Shown here in pieces: positions 21,424 to 30,968 of a stretch of 64,000 nt of DNA. Numbering within the stretch: the first letter of the stretch is position 1; every line of letters starts with the position of its first letter. The notes below the pieces were generated by a model. That model saw nothing but the letters and a program-made list of their open reading frames with translations, was not told the origin of the DNA and ran no database searches. This DNA is from Alphaproteobacteria bacterium (GTDB taxonomy: Bacteria > Pseudomonadota > Alphaproteobacteria > Bin95). Location: positions 160,001 to 224,000 of the forward strand of contig OZ219788.1 of assembly GCA_964291285.2 (NCBI GenBank). The letters are read 5' to 3'. The position numbers and the translations under genes were made by a program.

Positions 21424-22350
21424 TCAATAGCCTCGATTACGGTCAACGGGATGGGTGAGGGGTTCGCCGGCCCGCACCCGGCGGATGTTCTCCGCGACCA
21501 GTGCCGCGCCGGTGACGGGATTGGTGACGCCCGCGACATGGGGCGTGATCCATACCTTGGGATGGCGCCAGAGCGGGTCGCCGGGCGGCAGCGGTTCGGG
21601 CTCGACCACATCGAGCCACGCCCCGCCAAGGCGTCCCGAATCGAGCGCTGCCAACAGGTCCCTTTGCACGACCACCCTGCCCCGCGACGCATTGACGAAG
21701 AAGGCTCCTTCGGGGAGTTGCGCCAGCCTCCCGGCATCGAGCAGGCCTTCCGTGCCGGGCGTCAGCGGCAGCAGGCAGACGAGGAACTCGCTCCCGGCGA
21801 GCATCGCGTCCAGACCTTCTGCGCCGTGGAGATTCTCCAGCCCGTCCAGGTCCCGCGGCGTCCGCGTCCAGCCCGAGACGCGAAAGCCGAGATCGGCGAG
21901 CACGCCGCCCGTGCGCCGGCCGATCTCGCCACAGCCGAGAATGCCGACACGGCGCGGCTCGAAATACGCCTCGAACTGCTCGCGCCACACGCCCCTTGCC
22001 TGCTGGGCCGCGTAAGCCGGCATGTTGCGCGCGAAATGCAGCACGGCATGGACAGCCCAGGCGGCCATAGCGGTCTGCATCCAGGGATCAACCAGCCGCA
22101 CGGCCGGCATGCCCGCCGGCAGGTCGCCCAGAAAGCCGTCAACGCCTGCGCCCGCGGAGAGCACGGCGCGCAGCCCGGTCATGCCCTCGAGCAGGCCGGG
22201 CACGCTGTGGAAGAGCAGCACGAATTCGACCTCCGCCGGGTCGCCGATATCCGGCCAGTCCCGGATTTCGAGGTCCGGCATGAGCCGGCGCAACTCCTCC
22301 TTCCACCGCTCGTCGTCGCCGGCGCCGCCGGTTTTGCAGACCAGGACCAT
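21424..22350 (-). CDS. ghrA: Glyoxylate/hydroxypyruvate reductase A-like D-2-hydroxyacid dehydrogenase
   Basis: C-terminal third of the 941-aa track ORF: GAGVD, VGILGCGEIG, LLPLTPGT, NASRG, LDVVEPEPLP, TPHVAG. Start 22350 or 22374. Confidence 0.85.
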   Translation of the reverse strand: MVLVCKTGGAGDDERWKEELRRLMPDLEIRDWPDIGDPAEVEFVLLFHSVPGLLEGMTGLRAVLSAGAGVDGFLGDLPAGMPAVRLVDPWMQTAMAAWAVHAVLHFARNMPAYAAQQARGVWREQFEAYFEPRRVGILGCGEIGRRTGGVLADLGFRVSGWTRTPRDLDGLENLHGAEGLDAMLAGSEFLVCLLPLTPGTEGLLDAGRLAQLPEGAFFVNASRGRVVVQRDLLAALDSGRLGGAWLDVVEPEPLPPGDPLWRHPKVWITPHVAGVTNPVTGAALVAENIRRVRAGEPLTHPVDRNRGY

Positions 22351-22386
22351 GCGCTGGAGCGCCCCCCATGCCATTCTGCAGCCATA

Positions 22387-22761
22387 ATGGCCCCGGAAGA
22401 CCGCAAGACCAAGGCCGCCGAAACGGTCATCGAGGGCGCAGCCTCGCTCGACGCCGTTACCACCGCGCTGGCGGAATGCCCGGCGGTGCGCGTGGTGCTG
22501 GTGAGCCCGCCCGGCGGCGCGATCACACTCGGGCCGCTCTTCTTTCGCAAGCTTGTCGATCTGGCGGCCGCCCGCTTCCCCGAAAAGACGCTGCGAGGCC
22601 GGCTCGATTGCGCCGACAGGCCGGGTCTGGCGCTTGCCGCATTCCGGCACGGGCTCGATGCGGCAATCGATACAGACGACGAGCGCTTCCGGCGCCTGCA
22701 GGAGATCGCCCGCGCCTGCGGGCAACGGGTGACAAGAAAGCAGGCAGCCGGAGACGAGTAA
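22387..22761 (+). CDS. Hypothetical protein
   Basis: Fills the gap divergent from ghrA; LVSPPGGA...LDCADRPGLALAAFRHG resembles a small conserved Rhodospirillales protein. Confidence 0.65.
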   Translation: MAPEDRKTKAAETVIEGAASLDAVTTALAECPAVRVVLVSPPGGAITLGPLFFRKLVDLAAARFPEKTLRGRLDCADRPGLALAAFRHGLDAAIDTDDERFRRLQEIARACGQRVTRKQAAGDE

Positions 22762-22812
22762 GGGTGTATTCTGGGCGGACGGCTTCCCGGCAATGCAACG
22801 GGGCGACTGTAT

Positions 22813-23478
22813 ATGGTGCTCGCGCCCACGCTCAACGACCGCCCCGACTGGCGTTACCTGCTCAACGAGATCTACTGGGTTTATCGCCACAGCTCCTCGG
22901 GCGGTAGCCGGCCGATCCGTTCGCATCACCGGCTGGTGCGCCAGCGGCTCAACCGGGCCATCGCGCAGAACCCGTTCGTGCTCGAGCGGCGGCCGAGGAC
23001 CAAGCCGGTCTGTGCTCATCTCGGGCGCGCGATCGACAACGGCAAGCGGTTCGGCCCGGGTGCTCTGGTGCGCTCGGTCGAGACGGTCACGCCCGACCTG
23101 GTTTGGCGATACGGCTACCGCGTTATGCCGGGAAAGCTCGGCGAGAAATACGCCTATGCGGAGTTCATGGGGCCCATGGGACCGGTGATGGCGGACGACC
23201 TTGTGCTCGGCTGCGTCCTTTTCGCGCCGCGCACGATCTATCCCAGCCATGCCCATCGCGGCGTGACGGAAAGCTATATCTGCATTTCCGGGGCGATGTC
23301 GCAGAACGATGTGGCGGTCTACACGCCCGGCTCGATGATCCTGAACACGCCGGAGTTCGACCACAAGATCACCACCTGCGCGCTGGAGCCGACGCTCCTG
23401 GTCTATGCCTGGACCGGCAGCACGGCCGATCTGGCCGAGCAGGAAATGGCGTTCAGGCGCCCGGCCGGGAGGTCTTGA
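22813..23478 (+). CDS. dddL: Dimethylsulfoniopropionate lyase DddL (cupin)
   Basis: LNDRPDWRYLL, GGSRPIRSH, KPVCAHLGRA, W-x-YGY, KYAYAEFMGP, VLFAPRTIYPSHAH...ESY, PGSMILN...HKITT, LLVYAWTGS are colinear with DddL as I recall it. Confidence 0.88.
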   Translation: MVLAPTLNDRPDWRYLLNEIYWVYRHSSSGGSRPIRSHHRLVRQRLNRAIAQNPFVLERRPRTKPVCAHLGRAIDNGKRFGPGALVRSVETVTPDLVWRYGYRVMPGKLGEKYAYAEFMGPMGPVMADDLVLGCVLFAPRTIYPSHAHRGVTESYICISGAMSQNDVAVYTPGSMILNTPEFDHKITTCALEPTLLVYAWTGSTADLAEQEMAFRRPAGRS

Positions 23479-23538
23479 AATCGCCTTCCGGGCGGCGTAA
23501 TCGAGCCCGTGCCAGCCAGCGAACCGGGAGCCGATTTC

Positions 23539-24459
23539 ATGCGCATCACAGATACGGTCAGGACCATCCTCTCCGGCTATGAGAGCGAGAATCCCGGCGT
23601 CAAGGCGAACCTCGCCCGCATCCTGATGCAGGGCCGGCTCGGCGGCACCGGCAAGCTGGTGATCCTGCCGGTGGACCAGGGCTTCGAGCACGGGCCCGCG
23701 CGCAGCTTCGCGCCCAATCCGCCCGCCTACGATCCGCATTACCATTTCGACCTTGCGCTGGAAGCTGGGCTCTCCGCCTATGCCGCGCCGCTTGGCATGA
23801 TCGAGGCGGGCGCCGGCAGCTTCGCCGGCCAGATCCCGACCATCCTGAAGATGAACAGCGCCAACAGCCTCTCGCGCCTCAAGGACCAGGCGGTCACAGC
23901 CTCCGTCGCCGACGCGCTCCGGCTCGGCTGCTCGGCCATCGGCTTCACGATCTATCCGGGTTCCGACGACCAGTTCGAGATGATGGAGGAAATCCGCGAC
24001 CTGGCGGAGGAAGCGAAGGCGTCGGGTCTCGCGGTGGTCGTGTGGAGCTATCCGCGCGGCGGCGACCTCTCCAGGGAGGGCGAGACGGCGGTCGATATCT
24101 GCGCCTATGCCGCGCACATGGCCTGCCTGCTGGGTGCGCATATCGTCAAGGTGAAGCCGCCGACGGAGGCGCTGGAACTGGACGCTGCCGCGAAGGTCTA
24201 TCGCGACAGGGAAATCCCGGTGACGACGCTGGCGGAGCGCATCGCGCATGTGGTGCAGTCCTGCTTCAACGGGCGGCGCATGGTGGTCTTCTCCGGCGGC
24301 GAGGCGCGGGACACGGAAGGCCTGCTGAACGAAATACGCCAGTTGCGGGACGGCGGCGCTACCGGCTCCATCGTCGGCCGCAACGCCTTCCAGCGCCCGC
24401 GCGAAGAGGCGCTGGAACTGCTGGGGCGGATCGTCGACATCTATCTGAGCAAGGCATGA
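23539..24459 (+). CDS. fbaB: Class I fructose-bisphosphate aldolase
   Basis: ILPVDQGFEHGPARSF, WSYPRGG, AHIVKVK, GSIVGRNAFQR. Confidence 0.95.
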   Translation: MRITDTVRTILSGYESENPGVKANLARILMQGRLGGTGKLVILPVDQGFEHGPARSFAPNPPAYDPHYHFDLALEAGLSAYAAPLGMIEAGAGSFAGQIPTILKMNSANSLSRLKDQAVTASVADALRLGCSAIGFTIYPGSDDQFEMMEEIRDLAEEAKASGLAVVVWSYPRGGDLSREGETAVDICAYAAHMACLLGAHIVKVKPPTEALELDAAAKVYRDREIPVTTLAERIAHVVQSCFNGRRMVVFSGGEARDTEGLLNEIRQLRDGGATGSIVGRNAFQRPREEALELLGRIVDIYLSKA

Positions 24460-24824
24460 ACGGGACCGCGCCGGACAGCGCCGCCGCCATCGAGAGCTGG
24501 CACGCGCATGTCTATTTCGACCAGGCGACCAAGACGCGCGCCTGGGACCTGAAGCACCGGGTCGGCGAGGCGTTCGGCGACAGGGTGACGGTCGGTCGCT
24601 TCCATGAGCGCCCGGTCGGGCCGCATCCGATGTGGAGCTTCCAGATCGCCTTCCAGCCGGATGTCTTCGCGGATCTGGTGCCCTGGCTCGCGCTGGAGCG
24701 GGACGGGCTCATCGTGCTGATCCACCCCAATGCCGGCGACGACCTGCTGGACCACCGCGACCGCGCGCTCTGGCTCGGCGCCGGCCTCGACCTCAAGCTC
24801 GGCATGTTCGAACGGTCCGGCTGA
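24456..24824 (+). CDS. DOPA 4,5-dioxygenase family protein
   Basis: WHAHVYF, RPVGPHPMWSFQ, VLIHPN...DH; ATGA overlap with fbaB. Confidence 0.88.
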   Translation: MNGTAPDSAAAIESWHAHVYFDQATKTRAWDLKHRVGEAFGDRVTVGRFHERPVGPHPMWSFQIAFQPDVFADLVPWLALERDGLIVLIHPNAGDDLLDHRDRALWLGAGLDLKLGMFERSG

Positions 24825-24831
24825 AAGCCGC

Positions 24832-25743
24832 TCACGGGTGGAAGACGGTCATCAACAGGGCAGACAGCGGCATGGCGACGAGCGTCGAAAGCACAACCGC
24901 CGCGGAAGCGCGGCGCTCGTAAATGCCATAGTGCTGCGCCAGCACGAACACATTGGCCCCGACCGGCATCGCCGCAGCCAGCACGGCAACCGCCGTCTCG
25001 AACTCGCCGAGCCCGACCGCGCCTGCCGCCAGCCAGACCATGACGGGATGCGCGATGAGCTTGAACCCGCATAAAGCCGTGCTGTCGCGAAGGTCGCCGG
25101 CGATGCGGTGGGCCGCGAGCGCCGCGCCGAGGCCGGCAAGCGCCGCCGGCGAAGAGGCCGCCGCCAGCAGGTCAATCGCCGCGGCGGCAGGCCCCGGCAG
25201 ACGCCAGGGCAGCAACGCCCAGAGCGTGCCGAGCGCAATCGCGACCAGAAGCGGGTTGGCGGCCACGCGCCCCAGCGCAGCTGCGGCTGCGCCCCGCCTG
25301 CCTCTCGCCGTCTCGATCCGCAGCACGGGCAGGCCCACAAACAGGACTGTGGTGAGCGCGATGATCGCCGTCATCGGGCCGGCTGCCGCTCCGCCCATAT
25401 GGGCCACGATCACCGGCATGCCGAGAAATATGTTGTTCGAGAAGCAGGCTCCCATGCCGGTGAGCGCGCGCTCTTCGACCGGGGCGCGGCGGCCGAACAC
25501 CTCGACCGCCGCCAGCAGCACCAGCGTCGGCCCGAAATAAGCCGCGACAAGCCGCCAGTCGAAGCCCTGGAGCAGCGCGCCCTCCGACGCCGCCCGGAAC
25601 AGCGCGGCCGGCATGGCGAGGTAATAGACGAAACCGTTCAGCCCCTTGCCGCCCGCCTCGTCGATCCAGCCGGCCCGCGCCGCCGCCGCCCCAGCAAAGA
25701 CCAGCAGGAACGCCGGCAGCGCCACTTCGAGAAACGCACCCAT
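24832..25743 (-). CDS. AEC family transporter
   Basis: FVYYLAMPAALF, FSNNIFLGMP, NPLL, KLIAHP, AAMPVGANVF. Confidence 0.88.
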   Translation of the reverse strand: MGAFLEVALPAFLLVFAGAAAARAGWIDEAGGKGLNGFVYYLAMPAALFRAASEGALLQGFDWRLVAAYFGPTLVLLAAVEVFGRRAPVEERALTGMGACFSNNIFLGMPVIVAHMGGAAAGPMTAIIALTTVLFVGLPVLRIETARGRRGAAAAALGRVAANPLLVAIALGTLWALLPWRLPGPAAAAIDLLAAASSPAALAGLGAALAAHRIAGDLRDSTALCGFKLIAHPVMVWLAAGAVGLGEFETAVAVLAAAMPVGANVFVLAQHYGIYERRASAAVVLSTLVAMPLSALLMTVFHP

Positions 25744-25878
25744 CGCCCGACCCTTTCACGACATGACGGCGGAGGGAACGGGGCAGTTGCCGCAGGCCGT
25801 GCGACTGGAGCCGGGAAGTCGGGCGCGGAGTGCTATAGTTCGAACTCCCCGCAGCGAAGCGCCGGGAGGCCGAACCAC

Positions 25879-26484
25879 ATGGACGGCACAGGCCGGGCGG
25901 TCCCGCCGGAACCGAGCGAAAGCCGCTATCGCGAAGACGGCTCCCTGGCGCGGGAAGCCTGGGCGTTGCCGCTTGAGGAAGCGTTTCTGGAGGCGTTCCT
26001 CCGCGACCTGTTCGAGAACCACTGGTCCGGCATCCGCTTCGGACCGATGATCCAGGGCGCGGCCTATGAATGGAAATGCCCCGGCGCGCCGAAGCGGACA
26101 AGCCTCTTCGACGGCTATCTCACGGTGATGTTCGGCAATGGCGGGCATTTCCACCTGTGCATCGGCGAAAACCGGGGCTCGCCCGCCAGCCCCACCGGCC
26201 CGGCGCTCCGCGCGCATCGCAGGCCTTCCCGGGCGGAGATATTCCGGGGCTTCGACCGGGAAGCCAAACCGCTTACCTGGGGCTTCGAGATGTGGAACGG
26301 CAAAGGCGAGAACGGCCTCACCGTTTTCTTTCCAAGCCCGTTCCTCAATGACGACGACACCCTCGCCGATCCCCCCGACTTCAGCCGGCTCGCAACCTGG
26401 CGCGCCGTCTCGGCGCGGTGGCTTGGCCGCGCGCCGGAAGCGCTCGACGAGGAGGGCAAGGGCTTCGCCGGGTCCGGGCACTGA
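25879..26484 (+). CDS. Conserved-looking hypothetical protein
   Basis: GGAGG upstream of ATG 25879; globular composition (LFENHW...FGPMIQGAAYE...DGYLTV...HFHLCIGE). Confidence 0.75.
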   Translation: MDGTGRAVPPEPSESRYREDGSLAREAWALPLEEAFLEAFLRDLFENHWSGIRFGPMIQGAAYEWKCPGAPKRTSLFDGYLTVMFGNGGHFHLCIGENRGSPASPTGPALRAHRRPSRAEIFRGFDREAKPLTWGFEMWNGKGENGLTVFFPSPFLNDDDTLADPPDFSRLATWRAVSARWLGRAPEALDEEGKGFAGSGH

Positions 26485-26517
26485 ACCCCCGGCCGGAAAT
26501 GCGGTAATCTTGTCCCG

Positions 26518-27732
26518 ATGAGCTGGCCCGGGAACGAGGAGAGCCTCAAGGAGCGCCGCGCGCGCTGGCGGCGGCGCTACGGCGAAAGCGATGCGGCGGC
26601 GGGAATTCAGACGACAGCAGACTTCACGCCCTTCCGGCAGATAAACGATGTTTTCACCCGCGCCTTCTGGGACGAGCGGGTGCGCACGGAGGAGTCCGAT
26701 GCCTTCTTCCATTCCTACCGGGCGGATTTCACCGCGCGCCGGGGCGACGGCTTCAACCAGAGGGATTTCGCCCTTCGCAACGCCTCCTGGCTGATCTCCG
26801 ACCTGATTACCAACCGTCATCTCGAACAAGGCCGGCGTGAGGGATTCCAGGCGGCGATTTCCGACGACACGCCTGTCGTCGCGGAAAAGGTCGCCGTCGA
26901 GGACCCTGCCGAAATGGCGGCCGAGATCAAGAAGGTCGCCCGGTTCTTCGGCGCCAGCCTCTGCGGCATCACCCAGTACGATGAGCGCTGGACTTATGAG
27001 TCGCGGGTCGATGTGCGGGACTTCTCGGAGGCTCCGGTAGGCCTGCCCGAGGGACTGGAGCATGTCGTCGTGCTCGGCCACGAGATGGACGAGGGGCTTG
27101 TGGCGACCTACCCCTCCGCGCTGGCCGGCGCGGCCACCGGGCGGGAATACAGCCACGAAGCGGCGATCGTCATGCAGCTTGCCGCCTATATCCGGGCGCT
27201 CGGCTACAACGCGGTCGCCTCCATGAACGACACGGCGCTCGCCATTCCCTATGCGCTGAAGGCCGGTCTCGGCGAATATGCCCGCAACCAGCTCGTCATA
27301 ACCCCGGAGACGGGTCCGCGCCTGCGCTTCTCCAAGATCTTCACGGACCTGCCGCTCGCCCATGACGCGCCGCGTAAATTCGGCGTTGCGAAGTTCTGCG
27401 CCGTCTGCACGCGCTGCGCGGACGCCTGTCCGGCGAAAGCCCTGCCCTACGGCCCGCCGACCGCAGATCGTCCCAACCGGTCCGCCATCCGGGGCGTGGT
27501 GAAGTGGACCTCCGATGCGGAGAAGTGCTTCGGCTACTGGGCGAAGCTGGCTTCGGACTGCGCAATCTGCCTCAGGGTATGCCCCTTCAACCGGGATTTC
27601 CGGCGCCGGGCGAACCGGCTGTGGCTGCGCCTCGCGCTATCGCCGCTGCGCCGGCTGGCGCTCTGGCTGGACGACCGGTCCGGGCGGGCAAGGCGGCTCC
27701 GGCCCAGGGACTGGTGGGCCAGCGGCGGTTAA
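26518..27732 (+). CDS. Reductive dehalogenase (RdhA-like, cobalamin / 2x[4Fe-4S])
   Basis: IKKVARFFGASLCGIT, YIRALGYNA, AGLGEYARNQLVITPETGPRLR, FTDLPL, FCAVCTRCADACP, CFGYW...DCAICLRVCPFN. Confidence 0.88.
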   Translation: MSWPGNEESLKERRARWRRRYGESDAAAGIQTTADFTPFRQINDVFTRAFWDERVRTEESDAFFHSYRADFTARRGDGFNQRDFALRNASWLISDLITNRHLEQGRREGFQAAISDDTPVVAEKVAVEDPAEMAAEIKKVARFFGASLCGITQYDERWTYESRVDVRDFSEAPVGLPEGLEHVVVLGHEMDEGLVATYPSALAGAATGREYSHEAAIVMQLAAYIRALGYNAVASMNDTALAIPYALKAGLGEYARNQLVITPETGPRLRFSKIFTDLPLAHDAPRKFGVAKFCAVCTRCADACPAKALPYGPPTADRPNRSAIRGVVKWTSDAEKCFGYWAKLASDCAICLRVCPFNRDFRRRANRLWLRLALSPLRRLALWLDDRSGRARRLRPRDWWASGG

Positions 27733-27799
27733 ATGCCGGAACGCAGCAACCGCTGGACGGAACGCGCGCACGAAAGGTCCGCGCGGCGCCGTCGGGCCG

Positions 27800-28402
27800 T
27801 CAGGCCGAGTCCGCAGCCTTGAACGCCTCCCGCGCTTCAAGCCGGTCGGCATAGGCAGCAAGGTTCGGACATGCGCTGAAATCGGCGCCGAGACGGCGGG
27901 ACATAATGACGGCATGACCGGTAATCGTGTCTGCGACGGTAAAGTCGCCCGCGAGGAAATCCCGCCCCTCCATATGCGCCTCGGCGGCGCCGAGCGTCCG
28001 GTTCAGCAGCTTTAGCGAGCGCGCCGCGATTTCGGCGTTTCGCCGCTCCGGCGGAAGCAGGATCGTCTCGACCACATAGTTGTTGATCGGCGGCATGATC
28101 ATGCCTTCCGCATAGTTGAGCCATTGCAGATAGGTGGCAAAATTCGCCGCGTCCGGGCCGGGGGTCAGCTCCGGCGCGTATTTTGCGCCCAGATACTGCG
28201 CGATGGCGGTGCTTTCCGTGATGGTCGTGTCGCCGTCGACCAGAGTCGGCACGCGGCCGTTCGGGTTGATCCTGGCGTATTCGGGACCGCGCATTTCCTT
28301 CTGGCCGAGCGTGAACCGCACCAGGTCATATGTCTTGCCGATTTCCTCCAGGAGCCAGACCGTGCGAACCGCACGCGATCGGGGGGCAAAATACACCTTC
28401 AT
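27800..28402 (-). CDS. Glutathione S-transferase family protein
   Basis: SRAVRTVWLLEE, INPNGRVPTL, ITESTAI, FLAGDFTVAD. Confidence 0.93.
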   Translation of the reverse strand: MKVYFAPRSRAVRTVWLLEEIGKTYDLVRFTLGQKEMRGPEYARINPNGRVPTLVDGDTTITESTAIAQYLGAKYAPELTPGPDAANFATYLQWLNYAEGMIMPPINNYVVETILLPPERRNAEIAARSLKLLNRTLGAAEAHMEGRDFLAGDFTVADTITGHAVIMSRRLGADFSACPNLAAYADRLEAREAFKAADSA

Positions 28403-28595
28403 CTCTGTTTCCCTTGTCTCAGTCGGGTAACGCTGACGCAACCGCCGGATCGACGACACGCCGCGCGAAGACTGCGATTCGACCGCTTGCGGCAGTGTCG
28501 AGGCGCAAGCGTGTAGCAGAAATTACGGCGATCAGCGAGAGGCTCGCCGGAACGCTTGACCGGCGCAGCGCGGTTTTCTACGAAGCGAGAGACAC

Positions 28596-28672
28596 GGCCC
28601 CGTAGCTCAGCCGGATAGAGCGGCGGATTCCTAATCCGCAGGTCGCAGGTTCGAGTCCTGCCGGGGTCGCCA
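28596..28672 (+). tRNA. tRNA-Arg (anticodon CCT)
   Basis: GGCCCCGTAGCTCAG...GGATAGAGC, anticodon arm GCGGA-TTCCTAA-TCCGC, GGTTCGAGTCC T-arm, encoded CCA. Confidence 0.96.
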
Positions 28673-28680
28673 CCGGCGCA

Positions 28681-29601
28681 TTACAGCCTGTCGGTGTATT
28701 GCGCCACGAAATCGAAGTCGAGCAGCCGCCTGTAGGCCTCCATGAGGCGCGCCGTCACCGGTCCGGGCAGGTTGCCTTCGCCGATCCTGCGCCCGTTGAC
28801 CGAGGCGACCGGCACCATGCACAGGCTGGTCGATGTCAGGAAGCATTCGTCGCTGGTGAACGCGTCGAACAGGTCGAGGTCGGTCTCATGGACCGCGATG
28901 CCTTCGTCGCCGGCCAGTTCGATCACCGTCTCGCGGCTGATGCCCGGCAGCACGAACCGGGCCCGCGGGGTGAAGAGCCCACCGTCGCGGACGAAGAAGA
29001 TGTTGCTGCCGAGCCCTTCTGCAAGATTGCCGTCATGGTCGAGCAGGATGGCCCACGCCTGCGGGTCCTGGGCGCGCACCTCGCGGTCGGCGATCTGGAG
29101 ATTGATGTAGTTCTGTGTCTTGGCCCGCGGGCTGACCGCGTCGGGCGGCGTGCGGCGGGTGGCGGGTATCTGCACGCGGACGCCGTCCCTGTAGAGCGGC
29201 GCGCGGGCCTTGAGCGGCAGCGGCGTGCATTCGACGATGACCGTGGGCCGCGCCTCGCCGTCGCTGAGAAAGGGGTCGGCGACGCCGGGGCTCACCCGCT
29301 GGAACAGCCAGTAGTCCTCGTCGGAGGCGATGAGATGCAGGTTGCGCTCCAGCACCTCATGGGAGATGGACAGCATCTCCTCCCGGCTGAGGCCCGAATC
29401 GATCTGGAGATAGCGCATCGAGCGGTAGAGCCGGTCGATATGCTCCTCCAGCCTGAACGGCTTGTGCCGGACGGTGCGCGCCGTGTCGAACACCGCCTCG
29501 CCATATTTGAACCCCCGGTCGCGGAACGAGACCAGCACCCGGCTCTCGGGCTTGATCTCGCCATTGTGGTAGGCGACCCGTTCATTGGCGTGTTGAACCA
29601 T
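28681..29601 (-). CDS. Class IV aminotransferase (IlvE/Dat-like)
   Basis: DRGFKYGEAVFDT, HIDRL, RAKTQNY, AEGLGSNIF, LPGISR, ECFLTST. Confidence 0.92.
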   Translation of the reverse strand: MVQHANERVAYHNGEIKPESRVLVSFRDRGFKYGEAVFDTARTVRHKPFRLEEHIDRLYRSMRYLQIDSGLSREEMLSISHEVLERNLHLIASDEDYWLFQRVSPGVADPFLSDGEARPTVIVECTPLPLKARAPLYRDGVRVQIPATRRTPPDAVSPRAKTQNYINLQIADREVRAQDPQAWAILLDHDGNLAEGLGSNIFFVRDGGLFTPRARFVLPGISRETVIELAGDEGIAVHETDLDLFDAFTSDECFLTSTSLCMVPVASVNGRRIGEGNLPGPVTARLMEAYRRLLDFDFVAQYTDRL

Positions 29602-29658
29602 GATGTGCACCCCGGTGCTGTAAGGCGGTTTCCTGGACTCGATGCGACGCGGCCCCGG

Positions 29659-30918
29659 CTAATGGGCGCCGGCGAGTTCGGCAATGGCGACCGCGATCAC
29701 CCTTGCGCCTTCCGCGAGGTCTTCGGGCTTCGCGTTTTCCGCCTCGTTGTGGCTGATCCCCTTTTCGCAGGGCACGAATACCATGGCTGAAGGACAAAGC
29801 AGGGCCATGTTGCGCGCATCGTGGCCGGCGCCGGAATAAAGGTCCATGTGGGACGCGCCCACCACTTCGACGGCATGGCGCACGGCGTCGATCGCGGCCC
29901 CGTGGAAATCGACGGAGGACGCGGCCTGCGGCTCCTCGATGCTCACGCCGCACGGGCCCGCCAGCGCCTCGCAGAGCGGCTGGATGGCGTCGCCCAGCCG
30001 GGCTCGCAGCGCGTCGTCCGGATGGCGGAAGTCGATGGAGAAGCGCACCCGCCCCGGCACGACCGAGGGCGCGCCCGGGAACGCCTCGAACGCCCCGATG
30101 GTGAACCGCAGCAGGTCGTCGGCGTCCTCCATCATCCGGTGCAGGGCCTGGACCATGCATGCCGCCGCGAGGACGGCATCCTTGCGCCGCCGTCTGGGCG
30201 TGGTGCCGGCATGGGCCTCCTCGCCCGTTACCTCAACCTGGAACTTGCGCGTGCCCTGTATGCCGGTGACGACGCCGATGGTGTTGCCGGTCTCCTCCAG
30301 GCGCGGCGCCTGCTCGATATGCCCTTCGATGAAGGCGCCCATCGGCGCGGCCAGCGCCCGCCCATCGACCGGAGCGACGGAGGCGAGCACGGGGCCGAGC
30401 TTCTCCAGTTCGTCGCCCAGGCGCACGCCGGCCCTGTCGCGCACCTCAAGCATGGTCTGCAGGGTCGGCGGGTCCGCATAGACGCCCGAGCCCATCACGC
30501 CCGGCACGAAGCGCCCGCCTTCCTCATTGGTCCAGTTGACGACCTCGACCGGCGCGCGGGTTCGCACGCCCGCGCGTTCAAGCGCGAACAACGCCTCCAG
30601 CCCCGCCAGCACGCCGAAGCTGCCGTCGAAGCGCCCGCCCGTCGGCTGCGAGTCCAGATGCGAACCGGTGGTCACGGGCGGCAGGTCCGGGTCCAGCCCC
30701 TCGCGGCGCAGGAACATGTTGCCGATGGCGTCCACGGCGAGCGAGAAGCCCGCATCCCTGCCCCACTCCGCAAAGACGCGCCGCGCGTCGAAATCCTCCG
30801 GCGTCAGCGCCTCTCGGCACACGCCGCCCTTCGCCGTCGCGCCGAACCGCGCCATCTCCTCATGCATCTTCCAGAGCCCGGCCTCGTCCACGCCCGCCGC
30901 AACACGCTCAAGGACCAT
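29659..30918 (-). CDS. M20 family Zn-dependent amidohydrolase (hydantoinase/carbamoylase type)
   Basis: GSHLDSQPTGGRFDG, WTNEEGGRF, EGHIEQ, HAGTTP, SGAGHDA, GISHNEAE. Confidence 0.92.
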   Translation of the reverse strand: MVLERVAAGVDEAGLWKMHEEMARFGATAKGGVCREALTPEDFDARRVFAEWGRDAGFSLAVDAIGNMFLRREGLDPDLPPVTTGSHLDSQPTGGRFDGSFGVLAGLEALFALERAGVRTRAPVEVVNWTNEEGGRFVPGVMGSGVYADPPTLQTMLEVRDRAGVRLGDELEKLGPVLASVAPVDGRALAAPMGAFIEGHIEQAPRLEETGNTIGVVTGIQGTRKFQVEVTGEEAHAGTTPRRRRKDAVLAAACMVQALHRMMEDADDLLRFTIGAFEAFPGAPSVVPGRVRFSIDFRHPDDALRARLGDAIQPLCEALAGPCGVSIEEPQAASSVDFHGAAIDAVRHAVEVVGASHMDLYSGAGHDARNMALLCPSAMVFVPCEKGISHNEAENAKPEDLAEGARVIAVAIAELAGAH

Positions 30919-30968
30919 GACGGCCTCCTCGTTCCCGATCCGACCCCGACGCTGTAAACTCCGGCCCC

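Noticed and set aside
21424-24249. 941-aa ORF suggesting a large fusion protein
   Set aside because: Only the last ~310 aa are a 2-hydroxyacid dehydrogenase; the rest is the antisense of fbaB, dddL and the small hypothetical gene.
28596-28700. tRNA-Arg as a possible island integration site
   Set aside because: No integrase nearby, and I saw no duplicate of the tRNA 3' end in the window.
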